Source: Lingula anatina (lineage: Eukaryota; Animalia; Brachiopoda). From it: a DNA stretch of 64,000 nt. Below the pieces are notes generated by a model, which did no database searches, was not told where the DNA came from, and saw only the letters and a list, made by a program, of their open reading frames with translations. Each line of letters opens with the position of its first letter. Position 1 is the stretch's first letter. The position numbers and the translations under genes are program-made. This document shows, in pieces, positions 44,527 to 57,000 of the stretch. The stretch is from NCBI GenBank assembly GCA_051362555.1, contig CM120640.1, forward strand, positions 62,660,788 through 62,724,787. Direction: 5' to 3'.

Positions 44527-47500
44527 ATGCCAAAAAAGAAACAGAGGTCTAAACAAAATGGCAGAGAGCTTGACAGCATTACCCTGAGTATGGAATTGGA
44601 TGAATCATATCCAGGACTTCCAAGAAGACCAACTTTACAGACCTCAAAATACTATAAACTTGTTCTGAAGAAGAGAAGAACATATCTTATAAACAATTTG
44701 GACTTGGAATCCCATGTTATTCTTCTGGATCATCTTGTAGAAAATGATGTTATTACTAAAGACCAGTATGATCACATCAAAGACAAGAAAGGGAGGGAAA
44801 GAGTTGCTAAACTTTTGGATGCACTCTCCATGAAAGACACACGGGCCTTCTTTGCCTTTTTAAACTTACTGAGAGAAACTGGAGATGACTTTATAGCAGA
44901 TGAACTGATTGATTTGTGTCAACGAAATAATCTTTCCATTCCAGTTGAAATGAAACCCTTACATATACAGAATCATCAGGAAAGTATGCATACCAGTACT
45001 AGTACAAGCACAGAATTTAGTAGCTCATATTTTGTAAGTTCACAGGAATCTGGTGGACCCATTCACGAGACTGTTCGCCGAAGACACCCAAAAGCTGACA
45101 TGCAGAATCCCTCAACCAGGGCTGATTTTCCTCCTAGTCATGTGCACATACCTGAGCCATTCTCCAGTCCTACTGGCTATCACAAACCCCCTGATATAGT
45201 TGAGGACTTTGTAAAATGTCAGCATGGCAGGGCACTTGCTATATGTTTTTACTGTGTTCCTGATCAATCTTTCCTAACACGGGGTTTGAGAATGATAAAT
45301 GATAATCGCAGTGTCAACAGTTGTGGGGAGTTTAAAAGTGTGTATTTATATGTAATAATTATTGTTCAGTCATTTGATTTTTTTCTTTGATGAACAGAAT
45401 TATTTTAAAGAGCTATGTAGAAATATTAAAACTTATTTTATTATTATCATTCGGAATAATGTAGAAATCTTAGACTTCAGTGGGCTATTAACAAGTAAAA
45501 GTGTAGATTTTTTCTCCTTTCCACCCTAGATCATAATATATACCAAATAATGCAATGGCATTGTTTATGTTTCAACTTTAATTTTGTGAAAAACCTTATT
45601 TGAGGAATTCTTTTTTTTTTTTTTTTTGTTCCAGTTATTCTTCTGGGAAAGTCGAATGCAGGCAAGAGTTCTTTGCTGCATGGCTTTTTGTTCTCCAACT
45701 TCAAGCATGTTCTCCCAACTGTTGGCTTAGATGAACAAGCACGCACCTTTGAATATAAGGGAAAAAGATACACTTTTGTATTCCATGATACTGCAGGACA
45801 GGAGTTATATGATGGAATAACAGAAAAGTATATTGCTTAATGTTTTCATAAAAAAATTTGTACTTAGACATTTGCAAGAGTTATGTTCTAAGATGTTCTT
45901 TTTTCTGGTAGTTTTACTGCACAATTTAATGACAATGTATGATATATAGTATAATTTTTCTTTAAGAAAGCTAAGGTAAAGAATTTTTTCACTTATATTC
46001 CAGTTATGTGAGGGATGCACATGGTGTTTTGTTTGTGTATGATGTAACCGAGGATGAGAACAAGGTTCGAGCTTCTCTACAGAAGTGCTCTTCCTGGAGG
46101 AAAAAAATAGATTTAGATCAAACTGTCTTTCGGCTGGCTGGTAATAAAACAGATATTGCAACCACAGAAGGACAAGACATAGCAGTCAGAACAATAAAGG
46201 AATTTCAAAGTATAAAAAAATATTCTCTTATATCATAAAAATAGTTTATTGTAAGCCAAATTGCTATTGCACGGTCAATTAAAACAGTTGTAAAGTCATG
46301 CAGCCATCAGATTCATTGCACAATGAGTTACTTTGAAACGTCAAGGAACTCTCAACAAGATAATATGAGACTCGTATACTAGTTTTTTTGTGATTTATAT
46401 AAATAAATGAGAGTTGGACATTTATAGTCTATAGTTTGTGGTTCATTATATTGCAGTTAAGTCAGCCATGAATTAAACTTGATTTTTTGTTTCAGATCTT
46501 ACGACTATTAGATCCAACTTTACTTCAGCTGTTACAGGGTTTCATGTTGGGGATATCTTCTACAATATTGTTCTAGGTAAGAATCACTGAGAATTACAAA
46601 ATTTAATCAAGTTTGGTTTGGAATTATTGAAGGAAGATATGCCGTTAAGTTATCAATCTTATTATATTTTGGCCACCCAGGTCAGACAATTACTGCACAA
46701 ACTGTCAAATGGACTAGGTATGTATGTATGTTTGTATGCAGGGCTCGACATAAACATTTTTCACTTGGCTGCTACTACCAGGCCCTGAGGTTTGGTTACT
46801 TTTCCAGGCTTAAAAAAGAATTTGCTCAGAGGAGGGAGTGGGGTGGGGGGTGTTGGGGGGAGGGGTTACCTAGCATACAATGAAATACTTTAAATTTCCT
46901 AACCAATACTCCTGATTCACAAAAATGTAACATATATGTATAAATTTGCTTTCTTATAATAAGCATAGCATACACAACTATACTGTAGGAGGAGGAGGAA
47001 GAGTCGATGCCATAAAACACATTGTAAAACACACAATAAATGAAAAATATTCAAATTGCTCTTTAAAAATTTTTCTTTTATCTTACATAAAATTTTCACT
47101 TACATTAAAAGGGTATAACTTCAAAATGATCTTTCCACATATATAATTTACTTTTTACATATTGACTACAATTATCAAAATTTCTTTCCTTACATGTAAA
47201 AATGAAAAGCTAGTTTTTCAAATAGACATTACTGGTTCAAATACGTTTCTCCAAAACAAAATCATTGAATAGCTGCTAAAGTTAGTTCAATCACTATTCC
47301 CTTTTGGCCGGGATTTCTGGCTGATGATCTTCGAAGTCCCTTGAACAAATACATATGAAAATTGCATTCTCATCTTGCTCAGATGCCAAGGATCTCCCAC
47401 TGAAGATATGCCTTTTCCATCTTGTCTAGATTACTCATCACTTGCATGTTTGTTCAGAGATGGGTTAAATGACAAAATGTACAAATTTGCAACAGTGTGC

Positions 47501-47867
47501 TTCCGCCCCACTAAGTGCCAGGAAATCAGTAGCATTGTCAGACAACTGCTGGTCAAGATTTGGTCGCCTGAGCTTAAAAAAAAAAAAAATTTGGTTGCAA
47601 AATGCAACCATCAATGACGAGACCTGGTATGTATGCTTGTGATAATAAAAATGAAAAAAAAAAGGTCAACGGTGAACACTACAGTTATTCCACACATTGT
47701 GCAAATCCCTATTGATTATTCATGGGTGAATTTGAGTGCAAATGTCATTTTATCTACCTACAGATGTGATCAGTAACTTCGAAAAAGGTCTTCAAAGTCA
47801 TAGAGGTTCTTCTTGGAAGCTCAGTAACCCAGCACGAAGAGAAAGACAACGTACTGGATGTTGCTAA
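44527..47867 (+). CDS. CARD (death-fold) domain - Rab-like small GTPase fusion protein, 5 coding exons, 464 aa, C-terminal CC
   Basis: Exons 44527-45337, 45635-45827, 46004-46209, 46496-46576, 47764-47867 give 1395 nt in frame via GT-AG introns. CARD-like segment LKKRRTYLINNLD..ILLDHLVENDVITKDQYDHIK..RERVAKLLDALSMKDTRAFFAFLNLLRE..DFIADEL. GTPase motifs FKIILLGKSNAGKS, PTVG, DTAGQE, YVRDAHGVLFVYDVT, GNKTD, TSAVTG. Ends RTGCC*. Confidence 0.88.
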
Positions 47868-48257
47868 TAAAAAAAGAGGACACTGCAAGACACATGAACT
47901 CACAACTTGCAGAACCCACGTGTGCCAATAGAGGGTGTTAAACAGGGGTCTTCTTTTATTTGATTGAGAGCTGCTGCTCAAGTCACAGTAGCATACTGTT
48001 TGATTCCACGAACTTTTTACCAGAGGAATGACAAATTGAAAAAAAAAAAAATCCAGTATTGTGCTAATTACCATTTTTTTAAATACATTTTGATAGCTTT
48101 TAAACATAAAGATTTAGAATATATCTACATTTAAGAGTGCAGATTACAATTTCATGTCTAACCCATACAGCCTTGCTTTTTCTTGGCAGTTACTTTATTA
48201 CCCATAGCACAATGCTTTGTTCCATAGAAACAAACCGCCTTTTTTGGCAGGAACTAC

Positions 48258-48293
<36 letters not shown>
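48258..48293. repeat. (GT)n(AT)n microsatellite
   Basis: Directly visible. Confidence 0.85.
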
Positions 48294-49020
48294 TTGTTTT
48301 TTGTATTTTTGTATAAATTTTGCTTGGTACTACAAAGTATTTATAAGAATTTTATTTATATAAAACATTATGTTGAACATAAAACCAACACGTAGAGCAG
48401 CCTTATTTTTTCAAGGAATGTATTATTCTTGAAAAAGCAAATAAAGTCCTGTCATATTTCATGGTTCTTTCTTTTTCTGCTAATTAATGTTCTTTAATAT
48501 AATACAAAATTTTGTTCTTGCAAACTTAACCTATTAACTCATTTGTACCTGATGTGTTGCAAAAACATTTATTATTCATTTGACTGGGTGTGTGGGGAGA
48601 TGGGTAAATGAAATGTATTGATCATAATCTGCATGAAATAAAATCCAACTGCATCAATGATCCCAACCTCATCAATCCCAGCACTGGTGTGCATTAACTC
48701 CAATAAAACCTTCAGTCAACAGTTATAAAAAAGTAACCTCACAAATTTTGTGAATTATTGACTACCACTACATTACTCAAAATAATAACTGATCATGAGG
48801 CTTCTTTTCAATGAAAGCGGTACTAGGTAAGACTATCCATGTGAACCGTTTCACAAATGTTTCTCCCTTTGCTCTATATGTACATGCTGCTTTGAACGTA
48901 ACAGTAGTCTTCAGTTGCACAGATCCAGGTACTTTGCCTTAATACTTGCAACCCTAGTGCAAAGATAACTGTAATTGATCTTCACTGGAGATAAAATCAA
49001 GTCTCATTTTCAGTGCTACA

Positions 49021-49611
49021 TCACTGTCTTCTCTGGAACACATTTCCCCGGCCTCTTGACCTGCCTCGTCCACGAGCAGCAGCTAGAATAAAGAAAAATA
49101 CAGATGAACCAGTGCAATTTGATTTTTCAAATGCTTTATGTTTACAAATTTAAAATCAGTGGCAATCGAACAAAATTTTAATGTTTACCCAGTATCCACT
49201 AACTAAAAGTTTACCTTTCTGAATTTGGTATAACTATCTTATTATATAATGCAAAACAAAGGTGGAATGGCAAGAGGTTCTTTGTTACGTACCCTGTGAA
49301 CGTAGAATAGCTGACTTTCCTCTCGTAGCTCCACCACCGGGGCCTTTGCCCTGGATTTTCTTGAACATCGGAGCATTCTTTAACATATCTGGTAGTATGA
49401 GAAATCTGATCTTGCTGCCTCTGATGAAAACATTCTCTAGTTGTGCAACTCTGCCATCTCTGTAAGTCACTGTAATATTAGACATTTGACAGTTCATGTT
49501 GTCTTCAGCTTCCACAAGCTTTCCCCGATACACTTCACCTGTGGTCGTTTCACACGTGATTACGTGGCCTTCTGCTTCATGCAGAACCTTTATAGGTACA
49601 CCAATGGACAT
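49021..49611 (-). CDS. SNRPD3: Small nuclear ribonucleoprotein Sm D3, 2 exons, 126 aa
   Basis: Exons 49611-49293 and 49082-49021. [16 protein letters not shown]...[22 protein letters not shown]-rich tail [20 protein letters not shown]. Confidence 0.98.
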
Positions 49612-49959
49612 ACTGAATATATGTGTTTATATCAGGTACAGTAAAACTTGTTCAACACATAAAACCGTCAAGATGGCACAAGATTCCCAAAATATGATTG
49701 TACAAAGACCGGCTTTCTTCAAATATGGCGGTAGCGTTAGCAATGCGATTATAGGACCGCACTTGTTTCCGGTTTAGCTGAAAATGTGTACCGTGTAAAA
49801 TCAGTGGTATGAAATAGACTTGTCTTACCGTTTTTGTACGTTATCTAAATTCTTTAACATTTCCACCACTTAATGTCTCTTTTTTCTGTTGAATTAAACA
49901 AACAAATCATGGTATGCGGAAAGCACAGGACCAGGTACTTGCTTCCGGTGTAAACAATC
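49612..49959. promoter_or_regulatory. Compact bidirectional promoter, SNRPD3/GUCD1
   Basis: Only 348 bp between the two ATGs. YY1-like CAAGATGGC (49669-49677) and AAATATGGCGG (49721-49731); ETS-like CTTCCGG (49942-49948). Confidence 0.7.
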
Positions 49960-52900
49960 ATGAATGCTGATGACACTAATGTCCAACTGGGTGAGAAAAG
50001 TAAATATATTTGTTTTAAATCGCCTTTCAATAAAAAAAGAGTCTTTATTTGAACTTAACAACGTTTATGCAGCTATATTTTTATTTTGTGTCACATCCAT
50101 TACGGCAGCGAAATAACTAAAACCAGCATTGAATTCTCTGTTCTCCACAATGTCAAATAAGAAAACCACACAGCATCTTTCCCTCCATAGCATAGTTTTT
50201 TAGTCCATAGTTTTTCACTAGTCATTCGTGAAGTATATGTCTATTTCACAGATAACAAATTGTAAGAAACATAAATTTTGATAAGTGTTAGTCCCAATAT
50301 CAGTTGCTGACAGAGTTAAAATTTCAGAGAAGTATTTTTTCTGTTTTTTTGCAATGGAATGTATTTAAATGTCTGTGAAATGATAGTTTTACTTTTATAG
50401 TGTATTATATGGAACAATTTACCCTTTACTTGTATGTAGATGACCAGTCACTTGATCATGTTGTTGATATTCCACATGAAATACAACTCTATACCTGGGA
50501 CTGTGGACTGGCCTGTGTAAAGATGGTTCTTAAGTAGGTTTATTTTTTTAATAAGTTAATATAATGCCGGTAAAGACACAGCTTTGTTCCACTGGTTCAG
50601 TTATTTTTGAAAACTAATTAAGAGTGGAATATTACCAGTACTCCCATTTTACTTCATTGTCCATACTAATTCATTGTTCCTTCCTTCAAAAATTCTGACT
50701 TCAATGTTCCACAGAAATGTCATTGATAAACATTGCCTATTTTCCACTGACAGATTGGAACCTGGCAATATTATTCTTTTTAATTTATAATTGTTACATA
50801 ACTTACATGTAATATTGTAGATGATCTGCAAACCAATTGCAATCAATTTGAAGTATCAGGTGAAGTTCTTGCTTATTCCTGTGCATGTTTTTAGCAAACA
50901 TTACTTAAAATGAAATATAAAAGCCTTATATATACACAAGCATCTAAATCTAATGTTTAATGTCTACTAGTATACCTTTTAGGCATTACTCAGTAAACAT
51001 GGGCAATTTTCTACAAGTCTGTAAAGAACTACAGTTTGGTGAAAGGTATGGTATTTCATAATTTTACAGTACATCTCATGATGTTGTCATCCCACAAGAT
51101 TAGTAAATCATGAAATTTATATAAGCAGGCTTGTAAAGGAATTATCAAAACAAATGTCTGTGCATTACCCTGGCATTCAGGTGGGAATTATATGGGTACT
51201 GACAAAAATCTGAAAAAGTCATAAGTATATTTCACATTTCTTCTTCAGTGTCTGGACAATAGACCTGGCTAACATACTTGCTCTGTATAGGATTGAGCAC
51301 CACTTTTATACTGTGACACTTGGTGTAGACAAGGGATATTCTGGGAAGGTAAAGTTATTTTTGCTCTGTAGTATTCAGTTATAAATATGGCGATTTTCTA
51401 GTAAGTTTTACAAAAATTGTTTATAGTACATTTGGTTGTGAATTTAAGATCAATCATATTTTTCAGGCTTTCTATAGGGCAAAGTTCAGCAGTGATGAAA
51501 CCAGAGTGAATAATTTGTTTCAAGATGCTCAGTATAAAGGAATATCAGTAAGCAAAGGGTACGCTACTGAAACTGATGTCACAAAACACATATATTGATA
51601 CTTACACACATTTTTATCTTTCCACGTGTTGAGATGTTATTCTTTGTTTGTTTTAAATCATATTAAGTTGAAATTAAAAACAAAAATTCACATTAAAGGG
51701 CCACTTCATGGAATTTTCTTGTTGTTATTAATTTCTCAGCCTCCTCTCGTAGTCATTGCCAGCTTGCAATATCTGTATTATACACATCAAATTCCACAAC
51801 AAAACTATCCATGTACTGGACACCAGAGGGACACAGAAAAAGAGGCAGACCTAAGACCGCATGGAGGAGGACTGTCAAAGCACATTTTAAAAAATGGGAG
51901 AAAGTTGGGGGACAATCCAATACCTGGCTAGAGACAGAGAATTCATTTTGGTGGGGAAAATCCCATGGAGTGGCCCTTAAAGTAATATTGAGTAAAGTAT
52001 TTCAAGTGTCTACGTCTCTGTCTTTTGCTTTTTTACAGAAATATATGATTATTATAATGTTTAGGTAATTAACAAAATACCTACCAATATCCTTATTTAC
52101 AAATCAAGTAGTGTGTATTCTGTAGGGAATCTCTTTATTTTCAAACTGTTGGATAAAACAAATATCTATTATCTTATCTTTCCAGAACCATAGATGCTGA
52201 TGCTATACTCAACCACCTAATCCAGAATAAAGTGTTAATTGTACTAACAGATTGGAATATATTGAAGTGTCTGCACTGTGATAAAAGTGTAAGTTCAATT
52301 TATATAGGTTGTGACATGGCTATGTGACATGGCTATTTGATGGATCAAGAATTAAGATGTATAACAAAGTTAAAAAGAGGGCACTATTTTCACATTTTGT
52401 TAATAGTATAGAAGATATTTTTTAAAGCTTTTAAAATTTGTCTCAGGCATACAGGGACACCTTTCTTTCTGTAATGAATTTTTTTTTTCAATAACTATTT
52501 TCCTCAAAAATTATTAGAATTTAACAATGATGATTATTTTTATTTGAAAGTGTGTTAGATGCAAATCTCAAGTAAGGATAATAAAAACATGATCATCTGA
52601 CTCACCAGTTTGTATTTTTTGGTCCTTTTCTGATTTTATCTATTTAATTTTGCTTCATTGAATTTGATATTTATTTTCAGTGCACACCTTCACTTCACTG
52701 CTTTGGAAGTTTAATTAAAACATATCAGGGTAAGAAAAAACTTGAAATACTCTGTGGGTTAATCATCCAGTCATTTTTTACTTAAATAAAGGTTTTAATC
52801 TATTACTGAATTTACAAGTTTGTCTTTTTGGCAATGTGTCTCCCTCTCAAAGACTCCAGCTGGTCTACCAAAATACAGTTGGAACTGTTTCAGTCTTATA

Positions 52901-54017
52901 AGTTATCAGTACAGAAGATCACTGTGCGGAACATGGTAAAAGATTGGTAGAGCAGCTGAGCCAAACCAGGGAATTTATGTTCCATCTATCCTGGACATGG
53001 AACAGGGTGATAAATAATCTACCATGCAGATTAAGTAACAAGACCAAGATTACTTCCACCTTTATCTCTGAGAGGGATATGCAACATTGTCAGACTAAAT
53101 TTTAAGTACAGTAAAATATTTTTAATCACATTTAAAAGGTCACATCAATAAAGCAGGCATTCCTGATATTTGCTGTTATTAATTTCTTATTTGTATATTG
53201 TAAATGTGCAGTGGGGGATTTAGGGGGGGTGTCAGGCCTTGCCTCCCTGCCCCCCTTGGATTTCTGAAAAAATCACATCAATGGTCCCCTCTTTAAATTA
53301 GAATTTTGACTAGCTGAATTATAGTTGTAAACTGCACCAAATGGCATCTTCACCCTCTAAAATACCAAACATTTTCGGGGCCAGTGAAGGCCATGCCAAA
53401 GAGGGGGGTGTGCTTTGCATCTGCAGACTCCCCCTTCAAATAATCCTGGATCTGCCACTGAATGTGAAATGCTAATGCATGGATGTATCTCATGGATTTT
53501 CAAATATTTAAGTTTTTGATAATTTTTTCAGGGCATTTTATAGTTGTGGTTGGTTTTAATCTCAAACAGAAATTGATATATTACAAAAATCCTGCATATG
53601 ACAAAGGTGACTATTACAAAATGAATAGTTTTGTTAAGAATGAAGAAACGGATTCATTTATTCATTGATAATAAAAATAATAACAATTTTAATTGTTAGA
53701 ATAATAACAATTTTAATTTTCATTTTATTATTAAAACAATAATGGCCATTTAAAATAAGTATGTTATTCAAGTAGTAATATAGTTAAAAAGAAATACCCC
53801 TCTGGACAGGTAATTTAGAAATAAAGGCACTGTCTGACATTGACAAAGAATGCTTCATAATATTGTAGATTTTGTGTTTTAACTTTGAATTCATGATTTT
53901 TTTTTCTTTTCAGAAATGTGCTGCTGCACTATGAAAAATTTTGAAAAAGCACGGAAAAGTTATGGGACTGATGAAGATATCATTTTTGTTTACGGACTTG
54001 AAAATTCTGTCAGTTGA
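49960..54017 (+). CDS. GUCD1: Protein GUCD1 (guanylyl cyclase domain containing 1; peptidase C39-like), 9 exons, ~236 aa
   Basis: Exons 49960-49990, 50440-50533, 50983-51045, 51249-51348, 51467-51558, 52186-52288, 52681-52729, 53532-53606, 53914-54017. Motifs: QLYTWDCGLACVKMVL, SVWTIDLA, YTVTLGVDKGY, YQGHFIVVVG, YKNPAY, FEKARKSYGTDEDIIFVY. Confidence 0.93.
51787..51935 (+). mobile_element. 3' fragment of an RTE-clade LINE
   Basis: YWTPEGHRKRGRPKTAWRRTV matches the W-x-P-x-G-x-R-x-R-G-R-P-x3-W motif at the end of RTE ORFs. Lies in GUCD1 intron 5. Confidence 0.7.
53209..53460. mobile_element. MITE with CAGTGG..GAT termini (hAT-like), 6-bp TSD
   Basis: CAGTGGGGGATTTAGG...CCTGGATCTGCCACTG, flanked by AATGTG on both sides. 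A related right end occurs at 21565-21590. Confidence 0.7.
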
Positions 54018-57000
54018 TAAAACTCAAGCCTTGTTATTTGCTTTTTATATCTTTTAACAGGTGGTTTTTATAATGTATTATATTCAGCTGTCGTTTGTCG
54101 ACTTTTAATTAGCCGTTTGTCGACGTATATTCTAACGTTTTCTCGACGGTTTTACAGCGAGTGGAAGTTTTTCATTATCTCTTGTCTCTGTTTCTAAGAA
54201 AGACCTTTATTGGTACGCTCGCTCATATATTTGGTCACTGCGCCCACGTCCGAAAAACATTTTTTTTTCGGGAAAAAAAAACATGCGGTGATTCAGAATG
54301 ATCCGCTCCAGGGGAGTCAGATTGCGACTCACTGGCGTAACTGCTATTGAAATCACTATCACTGCTACTAGACTGACTGGAATCCGAGCATTCGGCGCTG
54401 GAACGCTCAGAGGACTGAGGACGATTGGATGAAACTCTTTGCGGCAATGACGGTAGTGGTACATGTACCATATCGCCTGTTGTGCTTTTTGCTTTGTGTC
54501 TTTTTAAACCTACATCTGCTGATTTCAAACTTGGACATAATTTGTCCATGCTCTACTTCAGACTATAATTAGTCCGAGTCTGCGACCAAGACTGGGATTT
54601 TTTAGTATTTTCCGCTTCCGAACAAAAAAAAACATGCCATTTCTATCACATTTCCCTGTTTTGAGTATCTGGATTGCCAGAAATCCCTCGTGGAACTGTT
54701 CAGCGCTTCGTCCCCGACCTGTTCCCCGACCGATGGCGATTTAAACAGTGTGATTTTAAAGATAGATAAATCTGCAAGCAAAAATCGTCTGCGACTGCAA
54801 AAATGTCCAGCTGAAAAAAAAACACGAGGATGATGCATGTGACGTCATGATGACAGAGAAGTCGAATATCACAGATTTCATTTGACTGATGTTATTGAAT
54901 TTGCTATATTTTAAGCTGAATAAGAGGCTAATATAATTTTGTATCTCACTTCTGTCGTCTCGTATAATTTACCTTTCACCCGAAATCAGACATTACGTGC
55001 TCTCGTAAATTCTTCGATTTTTGTACATTTTACTTTTCTTGCACGAATAACAATATAAATCAATAAAACTTGCATACTTTTCTAGTTTTCCCTACTGAAA
55101 AAACTTGTTAACCTATTCCGATATTTATCTGTGAAATTTATAGGGATAGTTTTGGTAGCATATTAGTATTTTACAAGGTTTAAAGCTCTTGTCTAAATTG
55201 ACTAGCCTGCAAGAAGTCAAATGAATAAAACTACAGCACAGTTGCGGGGGCAACTTAATGTGAGCACACACCGATTGCACTGTGTATGTGTCCTCTACTG
55301 TACATTACGGGATCAGTTAACCAAAACTTTTTTTAACTAATAAGCGTGTTGTACTAGTACGAATGTAAAACTGCGTAACTGATCGACATTGATAAAAGTT
55401 GTGTGGCATACAAATGGGGAAAGCTTTCTCAATTTCTTATATTAATTTTGTGATTCGTGACGATATCATATTAAATTTTTGCATACGGCGGGTTTGGACC
55501 AAAAGAAAAAAGAAAAAAATCCTCATCATAACAAGAGTGCATGTGAGGGCACGTAATGGGCGTGTCCGCCGTTTTGTTCAGAGTAATATCTATGCATCAT
55601 CAGTACTATACCGGTTACAACCTTTCTGCGTAAAAATAGCGCGGCATCGTGTTCAGAATGCCGCTCGCTCAGATCGGCATATTAATCCATATCTGTACAA
55701 TCCCTATATAACGAAAATCAATAAAAGTAGTCTGAACAATCGCACGAAATGCCTTTATGATACCGAATCTGCGGACTAATATTTTTACACAACATTTAAA
55801 CCTTTGTGCATCCGTATATACAGGTATTCCGTACAGGGTACACAGAAACTATTTTGTGTCTTGGGCACGCAACCGGGCTGAACGTGATGGTTCATGCATT
55901 TCCACCCTATCAGAAAATATGCATGTGGCGAATCTCCAGCGAGAGTAGAATCAACGTGTATCTCGACAAATCGATAGCCTCTGTATCGTTAAGCCTAGTG
56001 CACGACATTTTTCCCACTCCATAAAAGGTACCTTGCTTAAAGTGAGTTGGTCTAAAAGCAGACTAACACTGCAATGAAACGCTTCAGATGACAACATGAA
56101 TGCACACGAACTCGACTGACATAGCTGACAATTGTGGGTGTCGCAGGTAGTTTGTTCCCTGTGCCACAGGTAAGAATAAGCCATATCTTTTCTTGATTGT
56201 AAACGGCAAAATGTCTGGATATTTTGTATGGAGTTTGGTGGATGCTCGTCGATAGAAGATCGTTGTGCATCTTACCTGGGGTAATTAATATATTACGTGT
56301 TTACTTTAGTATGGTTGTCACCATAGGTTTGCTGAGGTGTGGATTAACCGTGTGACCATATACGCTATATATACAGAAGAGTTATATATAAGGCCCTACT
56401 TAATTGTACTCTATGTAACAAGACGAGACGGATTCATATTAGCATATTAGCATCTCTGCATTAAATTTTATAAATCGGTAGCTCTAGGATACAACTCCAC
56501 GTGGAGTTGACTCCCAAAGGGATTAACAACTTTGTACCGGTATTGATTTTCTGTTTTTCTGATATTTAACTTGCCTAATATATAGCAATTCCCATCATGC
56601 CATACGAGTTACCTGTTTGATAAATCAATTACCTCTATTTCAACAGTCTGTAATTAAACCCAAAAGACAAAAGAATGTCATGCTTGTTTGTTCATGTGAT
56701 TGGGTGTGGCAATGGCGCCTCTTTATATGGTTGTTTCTAGACAAAATGCCTGGCCACATTTTGTATTTTCGCATTTACAGCGATTCATCAATATGGTTTC
56801 AGTGACATTAATACGTGTAGTATGATAGGATAAGTACTCGACAAAAAACACATCGGTCACACTATACTTCGGAAATAATGTTTGTAGGAGCCTCCAGCAA
56901 AGGCTTAAAGCTTTGTTTAATATAATATGGTGTGTCGTATTTTGTGTTTGTGTATTAACTGTGCTAGATATGTCTAGCTTTTACTAGATGAAAAGCATTC

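Noticed and set aside
45635-47867. GTPase interpreted as the Roc domain of a ROCO protein, or as a RABL3 paralog
   Set aside because: No COR domain follows; it has DTAGQE, NKTD and a terminal CC, unlike RABL3 (DIGGS, TKAD, no Cys).
54060-55070. CpG-richer segment with minus-strand ORFs (54235-54549, 54602-54838), possibly a transposon remnant
   Set aside because: I could not define TIRs, a TSD or a protein motif.
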